NCBI RefSeq assembly: GCF_035566555.1
Contig: NZ_DATMRB010000098.1
Location: 46,431 to 110,430, forward strand
Source: Collimonas sp.
Lineage (GTDB): Bacteria; Pseudomonadota; Gammaproteobacteria; Burkholderiales; Burkholderiaceae_D
Reading direction: 5' to 3'
Length of the DNA: 64,000 bases
Positions 9,464 through 20,836 of the stretch are shown here, piece after piece. The notes under the pieces were generated by a model that saw only the letters and a program-made list of their open reading frames with translations, did not search any database and had not been told where the DNA came from. The first letter of the stretch is position 1; every line of letters starts with the position of its first letter. A program made the position numbers and the translations under genes.

Positions 9464-10338
9464 GTACCGCCCTTTACCTGGCGGGCGCCGGCTTCGCTGA
9501 GCTGATACACCGTCTGGCCGCGCAGCCGGAACGGCTGGCTGGCATAGGAAAAATTCTCGGAATGGCCGGCAAACAGCAAGCCCTGCGGCTTCACCAGCGG
9601 CGCAAAACGCTGCAAGATCTTGTTCTGGGTCGGCTTGTCGAAATAGATCATGACATTGCGGCAAAAAATGGCGTCGAACGGCTCTTTCAAGCCCCATTGC
9701 GCATCCAGCAGGTTCAGCTGACGGAATTTCACCAGCGCTGCCACTTCCGGCCGTATCCTGACCTGGCCGGCGCGGGCGCCGCTGCCTTTCAGGAAGAAAC
9801 GCTTGAGACGTTCGATCGGCAATTTGCTGACCTGCTCCATGGTGTAGACGCCGCTGGCAGCCTTTTCCAGCACTTGCGTGTCGATGTCGGTGGCGACCAC
9901 GCTGGCCGAGCTGGCACGGCTGCCCAGGGTTTCGATCAGCGTCATTGCGATGGAGTACGGCTCTTCACCGGTGGAGGCAGCCGAGCACCACACCGTGACC
10001 GCTGCATCGGCATTCTTGACGTGCTCAGCCAGCAAGGGAAAATGATGCGCCTCGCGAAAAAAAGCCGTCAGGTTGGTGGTCAGCGCATTGGTAAAGGACT
10101 GCCATTCCGCGCTATCCTTCTGCGTTTCCAGCAAGGCCAGATAGGAGCTGAAATCGCTCATGCCAAGTTCGCGCAAACGGCGCGACAGGCGGCTATAGAC
10201 CATTTCGCGCTTTTGCTCGCCCAGAGCGATGCCTGCGCGCTGATAAATCAGCGCCCTCACCTTGGAAAAATCGCCGTCTGTCAGCAAAAAATCGCGCGCA
10301 GATGCCGCGCCCGGACGTGCCGGCTGCTTGATTGTCAT
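9460..10338 (-). CDS. cheR: Chemotaxis methyltransferase CheR
   Basis: Contains [36 protein letters not shown] and [10 protein letters not shown] chose the first ATG (10338), which has AGGG 8 nt upstream. The track's start at 10362 is a GTG. Confidence 0.9.
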   Translation of the reverse strand: MTIKQPARPGAASARDFLLTDGDFSKVRALIYQRAGIALGEQKREMVYSRLSRRLRELGMSDFSSYLALLETQKDSAEWQSFTNALTTNLTAFFREAHHFPLLAEHVKNADAAVTVWCSAASTGEEPYSIAMTLIETLGSRASSASVVATDIDTQVLEKAASGVYTMEQVSKLPIERLKRFFLKGSGARAGQVRIRPEVAALVKFRQLNLLDAQWGLKEPFDAIFCRNVMIYFDKPTQNKILQRFAPLVKPQGLLFAGHSENFSYASQPFRLRGQTVYQLSEAGARQVKGGT

Positions 10339-10375
10339 GCAATTGACCCTAAGGTGATGCACATGTGCCTGGCCA

Positions 10376-12127
10376 TCAGAATGTCTGCCAGTCGTCGTCG
10401 GCGCCGAGCTTGGCTGTGGCTGTGCTTGGCGTCAGCCGGAGATATGGCTTTGTTGCTGGCGGCGCTGCCTGCATTCGCGACACAGGCTTGGCGACGCTAT
10501 TGCCGGCGCCGGGGATCAGTTGCGGAGACCTGGTTTGCTGCAAACCTCGCTGGAGCCCGGATCGCTTCTCTGGAATTGCACTTTCTTGCAAGCGGAATAC
10601 CGACACCGCCTGCTGCAGACGTTGCGCCTGTTCTTCCAGCGAACCGGCGGCGGCCGCAGCCTGTTCTACCAGCGCGGCGTTTTGCTGGGTCACCTGATCC
10701 ATCTGGATCACGGCCTGGTTGATCTGTTCGATGCCGCTACTCTGCTCTGCCGACGCTTCCGATATTTCGCCCATGATGTCGGTGACGCGCTTGACTGCCT
10801 GCACCACTTCACCCATGGTGTCGCCGGCACGATCTACCAGTTCCGATCCGGCATCGACCCGGCTGACAGAATCGTCGATCAGTTCCTTGATTTCCTTGGC
10901 CGCCTGCGCGCTGCGCTGCGCCAGCGTTCGCACTTCGCCCGCCACGACCGCAAAGCCGCGTCCCTGCTCGCCCGCCCTGGCTGCTTCCACCGCGGCGTTG
11001 AGCGCCAGGATGTTGGTCTGGAAGGCAATGCCGTCGATGACGCCAATGATGTCGGCTATCTTGCGCGAACTGCCGGTGATGCCTTGCATGGTGTCGACCA
11101 CCTGGCTTACCACGGCGCCGCCGCGCGCTGCGATATCGGAGGCGGTCTGCGCCAGTTGCCCGGCCTGGCGTGCGTTGTCGGCATTCTGCTTGACGGTGGC
11201 GGTCAGCTGCTCCATGCTGGCGGCGGTCTGTTCCAGCGACGCTGCCTGCTGCTCAGTGCGCGCCGACAAATCGGCATTACCGGCGGCGATCTCGCGCGTG
11301 GCGCCGGTAATCGCGGCACTGCCGTCGCGGATCTCGCTGACGGTGGCGGCCAGCTGCTGCTGCATGCGGCGCATGGCATGCAGCAGGCTGTGCTGGTTCT
11401 TGTCTGCCACTGCGACCTGCAGATCGAGGTCGCCGTCGGCGATCCGCGTGGCGATCTCGGCGGCGTAGCGCGGCTCGCCGCCCAGGCTGCCGATGACGCT
11501 GCGGATCACCAGCAGCATCAAGGCCGACACGCAGACACCGATGGCGAACAGAATCAGCAGGTCGCGCTGCAGGCTGGCATAGAAGGCAGCGTTGACGTCG
11601 TCCAGCATGACGCCGGACACCAGATGCCAGTCCCAGGGCTGGAAGTATCTGGCGTAGCTCAGCTTGGGGCCATATCGGCCGTCCGCAATCTGCGCCATAT
11701 AGTCGACGAAAGCCTGGCCTTTTTCCTTGCTGGCATTGATCATTTCCCGGAAAAAGAATTTCCCTTCGGGGTCCTTGCGTTCATTGACGTTGCTGCCGAC
11801 CAGCGCTGGCAAGGTCGGATGCGCCAGCACTACCGGCCGCGAATCGACCACGAACACATAGTTGGATTTGTCGTAGCGCATGGCCAGGATGCGCTTGAGC
11901 GCTTCGGCCTGCGCCGTGTCTTTATCGCTCTTGCCGGCGGCGACATCGGCGGCATAGCTCTTGACGACGCCTTCCGCCGTTTCCACCAGATTCCGCAAAC
12001 CGTTGCGGCGCTCCTGCAGCATGGTGTCCCGCGTATTCCAGGACGCCCAGGCACCCAGCAGCAACATGCCGATCCACATAAAGGCCAGCACAGCCAGCAG
12101 TTTTTTCTTCAGACTCAATGTATTCAT
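10376..12127 (-). CDS. Methyl-accepting chemotaxis protein with a single-Cache-like periplasmic sensor, HAMP domain and a C-terminal DWQTF tether pentapeptide
   Basis: TM1 is [18 protein letters not shown]. The sensor contains ..[23 protein letters not shown]... The highly conserved signalling hairpin [30 protein letters not shown] is present. The protein ends ..DDDWQTF. Confidence 0.9.
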   Translation of the reverse strand: MNTLSLKKKLLAVLAFMWIGMLLLGAWASWNTRDTMLQERRNGLRNLVETAEGVVKSYAADVAAGKSDKDTAQAEALKRILAMRYDKSNYVFVVDSRPVVLAHPTLPALVGSNVNERKDPEGKFFFREMINASKEKGQAFVDYMAQIADGRYGPKLSYARYFQPWDWHLVSGVMLDDVNAAFYASLQRDLLILFAIGVCVSALMLLVIRSVIGSLGGEPRYAAEIATRIADGDLDLQVAVADKNQHSLLHAMRRMQQQLAATVSEIRDGSAAITGATREIAAGNADLSARTEQQAASLEQTAASMEQLTATVKQNADNARQAGQLAQTASDIAARGGAVVSQVVDTMQGITGSSRKIADIIGVIDGIAFQTNILALNAAVEAARAGEQGRGFAVVAGEVRTLAQRSAQAAKEIKELIDDSVSRVDAGSELVDRAGDTMGEVVQAVKRVTDIMGEISEASAEQSSGIEQINQAVIQMDQVTQQNAALVEQAAAAAGSLEEQAQRLQQAVSVFRLQESAIPEKRSGLQRGLQQTRSPQLIPGAGNSVAKPVSRMQAAPPATKPYLRLTPSTATAKLGADDDWQTF

Positions 12128-12175
12128 TTTTCTTCAATTTTCAGGTCAGCATGGCCAGTCTGTCAGCCTGCAAAA

Positions 12176-12203
12176 CGATCAGCGCTGCGATTGACATCGT
12201 TTA
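12176..12203 (-). promoter_or_regulatory. Weak candidate sigma-28-type promoter for the MCP-cheRDB transcription unit
   Basis: The reverse strand reads TAAA-N16-GCTGATCG, a 5/8 match to GCCGATAA with a spacer one nt longer than ideal. It lies about 50 nt upstream of the MCP ATG. Confidence 0.25.
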
Positions 12204-12315
12204 CGCGGCAATCGCCCGTATTGCACTATAGGCATGAAGACAGACGGGCAATGCGCTGAACAGCGGCCTGAAGCGCCGCCAGCTCCAGCGATGGCGGCTG
12301 CTTCCCTCTTGCAAA

Positions 12316-13935
12316 TCAGGCGGCCTGACGCAGCAATTGCGCGTGCGGCGCCGCGTCTGCCAATTTTTTCATTGGCGTCACGGCTGTCGCCCGCTCCAGC
12401 TTGAAGCCGCCAACCACCTCCGCCAGGGAACCCGCCTGGTCTTGCAGGCTGGCGGCCGCCGCGGCCGCCTCTTCCACCAGCGCGGCATTTTGCTGGGTCA
12501 CCTGGTCCATCTGGCTGATCGCCTGGTTGATCTGTTCAATGCCGGCGGTCTGTTCCTGGCTGGCGGCGGTAATCTCGCCCATGATGTCGGTCACGCGGCG
12601 TACGCTGGCGACAATTTCATCCATGGTGCTGCCGGCCTGGTCGACCAGGCGGGTGCCGACGCCGACTTTTTCCACGGAATCGTCAATCAGCGACTTGATT
12701 TCCTTGGCGGCTGCGGCGGAGCGTTGCGCCAGGTTGCGCACCTCGGCGGCAACGACGGCAAAGCCGCGCCCCTGTTCGCCGGCCCGGGCCGCCTCCACCG
12801 CGGCGTTGAGCGCCAGGATATTGGTCTGGAAGGCGATGCCGTCGATCACGCCGATGATATCGACGATCTTCTTCGACGAAGTATTGATGGCGCCCATGGT
12901 GCTGACTACCTGGCTCACCACCGTGCCGCCGTGAATCGCCACTTCCGAGGCGGACACCGCGAGCTGGTTGGCCTGGCTGGCGTTGTCGGCGTTTTGCTTG
13001 ACGGTAGAGGTCAACTGTTCCATCGAAGCCGCAGTTTCTTCCAGCGAGCTGGCCTGCTCTTCAGTACGTTGCGAGAGATTCTGGTTGCCGGCAGCAATCT
13101 GGCCCGACGCCGTGGCAATGGTGTCGGTGCCGCTGCGCACTTCCCCGACAATTTTTTGCAGGCTCAGGTTCATGTCTTTCAGGGCCTGCATCAGCTGCCC
13201 GGTTTCGTCGCTGGAACGGACTTCGATGGCGGCGGTAAGATCGCCGTCGGCCACGCGCCTTGCCACTTCCACCGCAAAGCCCAGCGGCTGAGACACGACG
13301 CGCGCAATCCACGCGGCCAGCCCGAAGCCCAGCACGACCATGGCCAGCATCAGACCGACCACCCAGGTCTTGGCCTTGCTGTAGATGGCTTCGCCATTTT
13401 TTGCGGCGGCGGCGCTGCCTTCCGTGTTGATCTTGACCAGCCGCTCAACCAGCTTGTCGAGCTCGACGACGGCGGCCAGCGAATCGCCGCGGATCTCTTT
13501 CAAGGCATTTTCTTTGCCGAAGGCGCGCGACAGGTCGACGATCTTCTTGTCTTCCTCCATATACTGCGGCAGCTTGTCTTTCAGCTGCTCGTAGCTGCTG
13601 CGTTCCTGCTCCGTCACCATGGACGCGTAATCGCTCATGTTCTTCTGGATATCAGCCTTGATATCGCTCAGGAACCTGGCGCTGCCGTCCATGTCGGCGG
13701 CGTCGTTCGACATGACGTGCTGCATCTCGATATTGCGCAGCAAGGCCAGGTTGCTCTTCATCGTCAGCAGCACCCGTACGCTGGGCAGCCAGTTGGTATT
13801 GATCTCGGTGGTGGTGGCATTGACCTGGCCAAGCTGGGTGATCGACGTCACGCCCAGCACCACCGTCAATATCAGTATCAGGGAGAAAGAAAGCAGCAGC
13901 TTGCTTGCGATTTTCAAGTTATAGAACCAGGTCAT
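12316..13935 (-). CDS. Methyl-accepting chemotaxis protein with a four-helix-bundle type sensor
   Basis: The N-terminus [37 protein letters not shown] is typical of 4HB MCPs. HAMP domain and the conserved [30 protein letters not shown] hairpin are present. There is no C-terminal pentapeptide. Confidence 0.9.
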   Translation of the reverse strand: MTWFYNLKIASKLLLSFSLILILTVVLGVTSITQLGQVNATTTEINTNWLPSVRVLLTMKSNLALLRNIEMQHVMSNDAADMDGSARFLSDIKADIQKNMSDYASMVTEQERSSYEQLKDKLPQYMEEDKKIVDLSRAFGKENALKEIRGDSLAAVVELDKLVERLVKINTEGSAAAAKNGEAIYSKAKTWVVGLMLAMVVLGFGLAAWIARVVSQPLGFAVEVARRVADGDLTAAIEVRSSDETGQLMQALKDMNLSLQKIVGEVRSGTDTIATASGQIAAGNQNLSQRTEEQASSLEETAASMEQLTSTVKQNADNASQANQLAVSASEVAIHGGTVVSQVVSTMGAINTSSKKIVDIIGVIDGIAFQTNILALNAAVEAARAGEQGRGFAVVAAEVRNLAQRSAAAAKEIKSLIDDSVEKVGVGTRLVDQAGSTMDEIVASVRRVTDIMGEITAASQEQTAGIEQINQAISQMDQVTQQNAALVEEAAAAAASLQDQAGSLAEVVGGFKLERATAVTPMKKLADAAPHAQLLRQAA

Positions 13936-14272
13936 GATTTTCTTTTCTGATGGAAGTTTCAGTTACACGCAAGCGCGTGCCGCATAGCGTCAGGCCGGGA
14001 ATCTGCTCTGCGCCAGAGGTCCATGCGGAATTCCATCTTTTGCCAGCATAAGATTCGCGACGCTAGCCTTGTTAACGGCAGGCTGCGGGCTTTATTGAAC
14101 CGCGCGTGCCGCCGCAGCCTTCAAGTTCTGCAAATCATGCCGTTATTACATCTGATTGCCGGCCATCGGGCAGGGCGACGTTCGCCCCGCGCCGCCGGCC
14201 TTGGGCTGCGCCGGAACGGGCAGCGCACAGCGGCGCGGCAGCGCAGCTCCTCCAACAAGAAAAGGATAGTCG

Positions 14273-16235
14273 ATGATGAATAAATTCTTCAATATGCGAA
14301 ATCTGAGCGTAGGCCTCAAGCTGAGCCTGTTCACCTTCCTTCTGGTGACTCTGATTTTCCTGATCTATGGCTGGGCCAGCGCCCGTTCCACCGCCCAGCT
14401 GCTGGAACAGCGGGGAGCACGCGATATCGCTGGCCGCACCAGCACCATGATCCAGATGCTGGATACCTTCGACAGCAGCCATAAAAGCGAGGCTGAGCGC
14501 TTCGCCCTGCTGCTGGCCAGTTATTTTCCTGGCAAATTTTCCATCGACAGCAGCAGGACCGTCGACATCGCTGGCAAGCAGGCTGCCCTTGCTGAAGAAT
14601 GGCGACGGCGTCATCAACATGAATTTCTCGATAGCGGACAGCTTCACTGCCGCCAGCCGCGCAGTAGCGACAGTGTTCATCAAGAACGGCGAAGATTTCA
14701 CCCGCATCTCTACCTCGCTCAAGAAGGAGAACGGCGAACGCGCGGTCGGCACCGTGCTGGACCATGCCCATCCCGGCTATGCCAGCCTGCAGGGCGGGCA
14801 GGCGTATATCGGCCGCGCCACGCTGTTTGGCAAGGAGTACATGACCGCCTATAACCCGGTCAAGGATGACGCCGGCCAGATCGTCGGCGCGCTGTTCGTC
14901 GGAGTCGACATCAGCAACGACATCGAAGCCCTGAAAGCCCGCATCAGAGCGGTAAAGCTGGGCGACAGCGGCTATTTTTACGCGCTCAGCGCCAGCCCGG
15001 GCAAGGACTTGGGCAAGCTGCTGATCGATCCGCTGAACGAAGGCAAGAATGTGCTGGCGCTCAAGGGCGCCGACGGCCGCGAGTTCATCAAGGAAATCCT
15101 GGAGCGCAAGGACGGCAGCATGCACTATGCCTTGCAACAGGGCACGGCCGCAGGCGCGGAAAAGATCGCCGCCTTTGCGCTCTACAAGAACTGGAACTGG
15201 GTCATCGTCGGCAACGAAGACGTAGCTGAACTGACGCGCGAAATCACTACCCTGCGCAACCGCAACGCGCTGTTCGGACTGGCAGCGGTGCTGATCATGG
15301 TCGCCGCGCTGTACTGGCTGATACGGCGCAACATCAGCCAGCCGCTGGAACGCGTCTGCCATGCCGCGCAGCGCCTGGCGCAAGGCGATCTGAGCACCGC
15401 GCTGGCCAGCGACAGGAACGATGAAATCGGCCGGCTGGAACAAGCGATCAACGGCATCAGCCAGGGACTGGCGGGAGTCATCGGCGAGGTGCGGCAAGGC
15501 ACCGGAGAAATGGCGCGCGCCTCGCAGGAGATCGCCGAGGGCAACGCCAACCTGTCGGCGCGCACCGAATCGCAGGCCAGTTCACTGGAACAGACCAGCA
15601 GTTCGCTGGAACAGCTGACAGCGGCGGTCAAGCAAAGCGCCGACAGCGCGCAGCACGCCAACCAGCTGGTAGTAACGGCATCAGGACAGGCAACTGCAGG
15701 CGGCCAGGCGGTCGGCCAGGTGGTCGCCACCATGGGCGCCATCAAGGACAGTTCGCGCAAGATCTACGACATCATCGGCGTGATCGACGGCATCGCCTTC
15801 CAGACCAACATCCTGGCGCTGAATGCCGCGGTGGAAGCGGCGCGCGCCGGCGAACAAGGACGCGGTTTTGCGGTGGTGGCGGCGGAAGTGCGCAGCCTGG
15901 CGCAGCGTTCGGCCGCTGCCGCCAAGGAAATCAAGGGCTTGATCGGGACTTCGGTGGAACAGGTGGATGCCGGCGGCAAGCTGGTGGACGCGGCTGGACA
16001 GACGATGCAAGGCATTGTCGCGGCGGTCAGGCGGGTAGCCGACATCATGCAGGAAATCACGGCAGCCACCACGGAACAAAGCAGCGGCATCGCAGAGATC
16101 AACCGCGCCATGGGTCATATCGATGACATCACCCAGCAAAACGCAGCGCTGGTGGAACAGGCAGCAGCCGCTGCCCAAAGCCTGCAAGACCAGGCTGCGC
16201 AGCTGGCGCAGACGGCCTCGGTATTCAAGCTTTGA
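14273..16235 (+). pseudogene. Cache-type (double-Cache-like) methyl-accepting chemotaxis protein split by a +1 frameshift at the C-run 14586-14588
   Basis: ORF 14273..14854 encodes the signal/TM1 segment and the start of the sensor (..[13 protein letters not shown]), then turns into Arg-rich nonsense. ORF 14589..16235, in the next frame, continues [14 protein letters not shown]..., the rest of the Cache sensor, TM2, HAMP and the signalling domain. Removing one C from gcCCCtt restores ..AGKQAALLKNGDG... Confidence 0.8.
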
Positions 16236-16241
16236 TTTTAG

Positions 16242-16266
16242 GGGCGAATGACTTTGTCATTCGCCC
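16242..16266. terminator. Hairpin between the convergent MCP pseudogene and ohr
   Basis: gggcgaatgac-ttt-gtcattcgccc is an 11-bp perfect stem. The flanks are only weakly T/A-rich. Confidence 0.5.
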
Positions 16267-16273
16267 TCTAGCA

Positions 16274-16699
16274 TTACACCAGGGTCAGGGTAACGTCGAT
16301 ATTGCCGCGGGTAGCGTTGGAATAAGGGCAAACCTTGTGCGCCTTGTTCACCAGGTCTTCCGCCGCGCCGGCTTCCATGCCTGGCAGGGAAATCTGCAGT
16401 TCGACTTCGATGCCGAAGCCGCCTGGAATCTGGCCGATGCCGACCAGGCCGGTGATCGCCACATCGGCAGGCAAGTTGATTTTTTCTTGCGAAGCGACGA
16501 ATTTCATGGCGCCGATGAAGCAGGCCGAATAGCCGGCTGCGAACAATTGTTCAGGATTGGTGCCTACGCCGCCGGCGCCGCCCAGTTCTTTCGGCGTGGT
16601 CAACTTGACGTCCAGCACATTGTCGGATGAAACGGCGCGGCCGTCACGGCCTCCGGTTGCAGTGGCTTGGGCGCGGTACAGAACTTTTTCGACTGACAT
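16274..16699 (-). CDS. ohr: Organic hydroperoxide resistance protein Ohr (OsmC/Ohr family)
   Basis: 141 aa. Both catalytic Cys contexts are present: ..[11 protein letters not shown].. and ..[13 protein letters not shown]... Confidence 0.95.
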   Translation of the reverse strand: MSVEKVLYRAQATATGGRDGRAVSSDNVLDVKLTTPKELGGAGGVGTNPEQLFAAGYSACFIGAMKFVASQEKINLPADVAITGLVGIGQIPGGFGIEVELQISLPGMEAGAAEDLVNKAHKVCPYSNATRGNIDVTLTLV

Positions 16700-16838
16700 G
16701 ATGATTTCCTTTATTGGCCGTTTGAAAAATCCTTTGGATCAGCACAGTCGGCCGTACTGACGATCCGGATAAAAAATACAACACTTAGATGACGCAAGAA
16801 TGAAAAGCTTCAAACAATAATACAGACTACACAATTAT

Positions 16839-16850
16839 ATTGCTAACAAT
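16839..16850. promoter_or_regulatory. Candidate OhrR operator in the ohr promoter region
   Basis: ATTG-CTAA-CAAT inverted repeat inside the AT-rich stretch acaattatattgctaacaat. The same ATTG-N4-CAAT layout occurs upstream of ohrR. Confidence 0.4.
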
Positions 16851-16886
16851 CTATTTCATAAGACAACATATCCATGCTCACCCGCC

Positions 16887-17378
16887 TTAGCCGATGTTGC
16901 CCGCCATCGCTGCGCGCAAGCGCTGCAGCTCCTTGGTCAACATTTTGACTTCATCGAGCGAACAGCCGACGCTGCAACTCACGTGCAACGGTATCGCCTG
17001 CGCTTCATTGCGCAGATTGCGGCCGGCTGCGGTCAGACTGACGATCACCTGACGCTCATCATGCACCGCCCGCTGGCGACGCAAAAAGCCGCTGCTTTCC
17101 AGGCGCTTGAGCAAGGGCGTCAAAGTGCCGGAATCCAGGAACAGGCGCTCACCCAGGGTGGACACCGTGACTTCATCGCGCTCCCACAGGGTCAGCAGCA
17201 CCAGATACTGCGGATAGGTCAGGCCCATCTTTTGCAGCAGCGGCTTGTAGATCTTGGTCATGGTCAGCGATGCCGAATACAGTGCAAAGCACAGCTGGTT
17301 GTCCAGCAGCAGGCTTTCCGGGCCGAGTAACTCGGGTGGGATGCTTGCGGTCGGCAGTTGATGTTTGCTGGTTTCCAT
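16887..17378 (-). CDS. ohrR: MarR-family organic hydroperoxide sensor/repressor OhrR
   Basis: METSKHQL...[15 protein letters not shown] (N-terminal sensing Cys), winged-helix segment [37 protein letters not shown], and C-terminal Cys residues (HVSCSVGC). It lies upstream of ohr. I chose the ATG at 17378; the track's 255-aa version is N-terminally over-extended. Confidence 0.85.
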   Translation of the reverse strand: METSKHQLPTASIPPELLGPESLLLDNQLCFALYSASLTMTKIYKPLLQKMGLTYPQYLVLLTLWERDEVTVSTLGERLFLDSGTLTPLLKRLESSGFLRRQRAVHDERQVIVSLTAAGRNLRNEAQAIPLHVSCSVGCSLDEVKMLTKELQRLRAAMAGNIG

Positions 17379-17407
17379 GAGTTGAATAATATAGCGCTCA
17401 AAATTAA

Positions 17408-17419
17408 ATTGCAAGCAAT
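17408..17419. promoter_or_regulatory. Candidate OhrR autoregulatory operator
   Basis: ATTG-CAAG-CAAT inverted repeat about 30 nt upstream of the ohrR ATG, in AT-rich DNA. Confidence 0.35.
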
Positions 17420-17684
17420 CTAAATCGCATTTAAAACTATCGATAAGATTACTAATAACTATGAATTGCGGCAACGCCCGCTCATCGATCCAGAATATAT
17501 TACACGTGGCGCCACGCAATCGACGCTGCCATGCTTCTTTTAAAGGGCCCGGACAAACTTCCGCCGCACCCTGCGTGCTGGCGCAGTTGAAATCTTGGAT
17601 AATCGTGAATGCATTACCGCACATCCCGATCCTCGCATCGCGCCGATGCCTCAATCACAATAAGCAGCTCGAAAAGGTAGTAGC

Positions 17685-20045
17685 GTGGCACAACAAGGTT
17701 TTCTTCTGACCAGACACTGGCGCGATACTCCCACTGGTACGGAAGTCGAGTTCTGGCTGGCGACCGACGATGGTCCGCGGCACATCCGCCTGTCGGCGCA
17801 GGAATCGGTGGCGTTCATCCCGGCCGAACAGCGGCAGCAGGCCGAAAGCGTGCTGCGCAACGAACGCCGCTGCGAGCTGCGCCCACTGCAGCTGACCGAC
17901 TTCCATTGCCGCCCGGTGCTGGGCCTGTATCTGCAGCAGCACCGCCAGCTGATCAAGCTGGAGAAGCTGTTGCGGGAAGCCGGCGTGGATGTCTACGAAG
18001 CGGATATCCGTCCGCCGGAGCGCTATCTGATGGAACGTTTCATCACGGCGCCGGTCTGGTTTGCCGGCGAAGCGAATGCCGGCGGACCGATGCTCAACAG
18101 TTACATGAAACCGGCGGCCGATTATCGTCCGCAGCTGAAACTGGTCTCGCTCGACATCGAAACCACCGCGCACGGCGACCTGTATTCGATCGCCCTGGAA
18201 GGCTGCGGCCAGCGTCAGGTCTACATGCTGGGGCCGCCCAACGGCGACGCCGGCGGGATCGACTTCGACCTGGAATATTGCGACAGCCGCCCGCTCCTTC
18301 TGGAAAAACTGAACCAATGGCTGGAGCGGCACGACCCCGACGCCATCATCGGCTGGAACCTGGTGCAGTTCGACCTGCGCGTCCTGCAAAAGCATGCCGA
18401 GCAATACAAGATACCGTTGCGCGTCGGCCGCGGCGGCAGCCCGATGGAGTGGCGCGAACACGGCTTCAAGCCGAACCACCATTTCGCCTCTGCCGCCGGC
18501 CGCCTGCTGATTGACGGCATCGAAGCGCTGAAATCGGCGATGTGGAATTTTCCCTCCTTCAGCCTGGAGTATGTCGCCCAGGACTTGCTGGGCGAAGGCA
18601 AGTCCATCACCAATCCCTATCAGCGCATGGCGGAAATCGACCGCCGTTTCGCCGAGGACAAGCCAGCGCTGGCGACCTACAACCTGAAAGACTGCGAGCT
18701 GGTGACGCGCATCTTCGCCAAGACCGAGCTGCTGCCCTTCCTGCTGGAGCGCGCCGCCGTCACCGGCTTGCCGGCCGACCGCAGCGGCGGTTCGGTGGCC
18801 GCCTTCGGCCATCTGTATCTGCCGCATATGCACCGCCAGGGCTATGTCGCGCCCAACCTGGGCGAGATCGCGGACGCATCCAGCCCCGGCGGCTTCGTGA
18901 TGGATTCGCAATCGGGCCTGTACGATTCGGTCGTGGTGCTGGATTACAAAAGCCTGTACCCCTCGATCATCCGTACCTTCCTGATCGATCCGGTCGGACT
19001 GATCGAAGGCATGCACCATCCCGCCGATCAGGATTCCGTACCGGGCTTCCGCGGCGCCCGCTTCTCGCGCAGCAAGCACAGCCTGCCGGCCATCGTCAGC
19101 CAGATCTGGCAAGGCCGTGAAAGCGCCAAGCGCCAGCGCAACCAGCCGCTGTCGCAAGCCCTGAAGATCATCATGAATGCCTTCTGCGGCGTGCTGGGAT
19201 CGACCGGCTGCCGCTTCTTCGATCCGCGCCTGGCGTCGTCGATCACCATGCGCGGCCATGAAATCATGCACAAGACGCGCGAGCTGATCGAAGCCAAGGG
19301 CTACCAGGTGATCTACGGCGACACCGATTCCACCTTCGTCTGGCTGAAACAGCCACATACCGAACAGCAGGCAACGCAGATTGGCAATGCGCTGGCGCAA
19401 GACGTCAACACATGGTGGCGCCAGCATTTGCAGCAAACCCTGGGCCTCGAATCCGCATTGGAACTGGAGTTCGACACCCACTACCACCGCTTCCTGATGC
19501 CGACCATCCGCGGCACCGAGCTGGGCAGCAAGAAGCGCTACGCCGGCCTGATCGTCAATGCCGATGGCGCGGAAGAGATGGTGTACAAGGGACTGGAGAC
19601 AGTCCGCTCCGACTGGACGCCGCTGGCCAAGCAATTCCAGCAGCAGCTGTACCAGCATATATTCAAGCGCGAACCCTACCAGTCCTATGTGCGCGACTAC
19701 GTCAGCCGCACGCTGGCCGGAGAATTCGACGACTTGCTGGTCTACCGCAAACGGCTGCGGCGGCCGCTGGAAGCCTACCAGCGCAACGTGCCGCCGCATG
19801 TGCGCGCCGCCCGCACGGCCGACGAATTCAACCTGGCGCAAGGCCGGCCGCTGCAATACCAGAACGGCGGCTGGATCAGCTACCTGATGACCACCGCCGG
19901 CCCGGAGCCGCTGGAAACGCAGCGCTCGGCGATCGATTACGAGCACTATCTGAGCCGCCAGCTGCAGCCGCTGGCGGATGCGATCTTGCCGTTTCTGGAC
20001 GATAGTTTTGCGGCGTTGGTGGGCGGGCAGAAAGAATTGTTTTGA
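17685..20045 (+). CDS. polB: DNA polymerase II (family B), GTG start
   Basis: 786 aa. Exonuclease motifs are present (VSLDIETT). The polymerase motifs are [10 protein letters not shown] and [11 protein letters not shown]. Length and layout match E. coli Pol II. Confidence 0.95.
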   Translation: MAQQGFLLTRHWRDTPTGTEVEFWLATDDGPRHIRLSAQESVAFIPAEQRQQAESVLRNERRCELRPLQLTDFHCRPVLGLYLQQHRQLIKLEKLLREAGVDVYEADIRPPERYLMERFITAPVWFAGEANAGGPMLNSYMKPAADYRPQLKLVSLDIETTAHGDLYSIALEGCGQRQVYMLGPPNGDAGGIDFDLEYCDSRPLLLEKLNQWLERHDPDAIIGWNLVQFDLRVLQKHAEQYKIPLRVGRGGSPMEWREHGFKPNHHFASAAGRLLIDGIEALKSAMWNFPSFSLEYVAQDLLGEGKSITNPYQRMAEIDRRFAEDKPALATYNLKDCELVTRIFAKTELLPFLLERAAVTGLPADRSGGSVAAFGHLYLPHMHRQGYVAPNLGEIADASSPGGFVMDSQSGLYDSVVVLDYKSLYPSIIRTFLIDPVGLIEGMHHPADQDSVPGFRGARFSRSKHSLPAIVSQIWQGRESAKRQRNQPLSQALKIIMNAFCGVLGSTGCRFFDPRLASSITMRGHEIMHKTRELIEAKGYQVIYGDTDSTFVWLKQPHTEQQATQIGNALAQDVNTWWRQHLQQTLGLESALELEFDTHYHRFLMPTIRGTELGSKKRYAGLIVNADGAEEMVYKGLETVRSDWTPLAKQFQQQLYQHIFKREPYQSYVRDYVSRTLAGEFDDLLVYRKRLRRPLEAYQRNVPPHVRAARTADEFNLAQGRPLQYQNGGWISYLMTTAGPEPLETQRSAIDYEHYLSRQLQPLADAILPFLDDSFAALVGGQKELF

Positions 20046-20127
20046 TGTCGTACACGCTTACCGATACCCTGCTCTCGGTCAGAAGCTGTCACCCGTTATC
20101 TGCTGGAACCTAGTGTCGTGTCCTGCC

Positions 20128-20607
20128 TCAACCGCGCCAGGCCGCTTCAATCGCAGCGACGTGGATCTTTTTCATCGTCATCATGGCGTCGAATGCCCGC
20201 TTGGCCGCAACACGATCGGGATCGACGAACGCGGCCGTCAAGACGCGCGGCGTGATCTGCCACGACAAGCCCCATTTGTCCCGGCACCAGCCGCACGCAT
20301 TCTCCTGGCCGCCGTTGCCGACAATCGCATTCCACAAGCGGTCCGTTTCGGCCTGGTCGTCGGTCGCAACCTGGAACGAGAATGCTTCGCTGTGCTTGAT
20401 CCCCGATCCGCCATTCAGGCCGAGACAAGGAATGCCGATCACCGTGAACTCGACCGTCAGGACATCACCCTCCTTACCCGCGGGATAGTCGCCAGGGGCG
20501 CGATGGACTGCTCCCACCGCGCTGTCCGGGAAGGTCTCGGCGTAAAACTTCGCGGCCTCTAGCGCGGTGCCGTCGAACCAGAGACAAATTGTGTTTTTGC
20601 TGACCAT
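20128..20607 (-). CDS. VOC/glyoxalase-superfamily protein, PhnB-like (3-demethylubiquinone-9 3-methyltransferase domain family)
   Basis: 159 aa: MVSKNTICLWFDGTALEAAKFYAETFP...CGWCRDKWGLSWQI, the characteristic C-terminal motif of this family. Confidence 0.75.
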   Translation of the reverse strand: MVSKNTICLWFDGTALEAAKFYAETFPDSAVGAVHRAPGDYPAGKEGDVLTVEFTVIGIPCLGLNGGSGIKHSEAFSFQVATDDQAETDRLWNAIVGNGGQENACGWCRDKWGLSWQITPRVLTAAFVDPDRVAAKRAFDAMMTMKKIHVAAIEAAWRG

Positions 20608-20836
20608 ATTGTTTCTCCTGAGTTGCGTTTCTTGCCACCTATGCAGAGGAGGCTGAGCTCTTTAGATTTTCGAACACACTTTCGGCAAATGGCAATGAGG
20701 AAATGCGCCAGAACAAGCGACATTTATTTCCGGAGGCGAAACACCCGGCGAAAAATTGTAAGCTGATCACTGGCCGGGGCAGCGCTGCCGGTATCGTCAA
20801 TGGTCCCGATATATCTGTCAACCCGGGCTGCATCGC

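Noticed and set aside
13936-14272. A 337-nt GC-rich spacer upstream of the frameshifted MCP. It contains the hairpin aggctgcgg...ccgcagcct and the ORF 14023-14283.
   Set aside because: The ORF product is Arg-rich nonsense. The hairpin has a long loop and no U-tract. I found no sigma-28 or other recognisable promoter motif, so nothing can be supported.
17379-17684. A search for a LexA/SOS box (CTGT-N8-ACAG) upstream of polB.
   Set aside because: No match was seen in the 306-nt spacer. The closest AT-rich stretch (ccagaatatattacac) lacks the CTG/CAG ends. I therefore make no claim of SOS control.
17655-19946. A 763-aa ORF antisense to polB. Similar long antisense ORFs occur elsewhere: 1825-3033, 3519-5333, 10520-12259, 12337-13950, 14331-15497, 25764-27794, 38318-39427, 47496-49292, 49013-51289, 56310-57095, 57099-58199 and 59606-61342.
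   Set aside because: Each lies opposite an ORF with unmistakable family motifs. Their translations are Arg/Gly/His/Gln/Ala-rich with no motifs. This is the usual stop-codon-poor antisense frame of GC3-rich coding DNA.
20608-20836. Small ORFs (20639-20833, 20724-20945) in the 229-nt gap between the two VOC genes.
   Set aside because: They have no ribosome-binding site, implausible composition and no motif. The gap is more likely a promoter or spacer region, or a decayed remnant.
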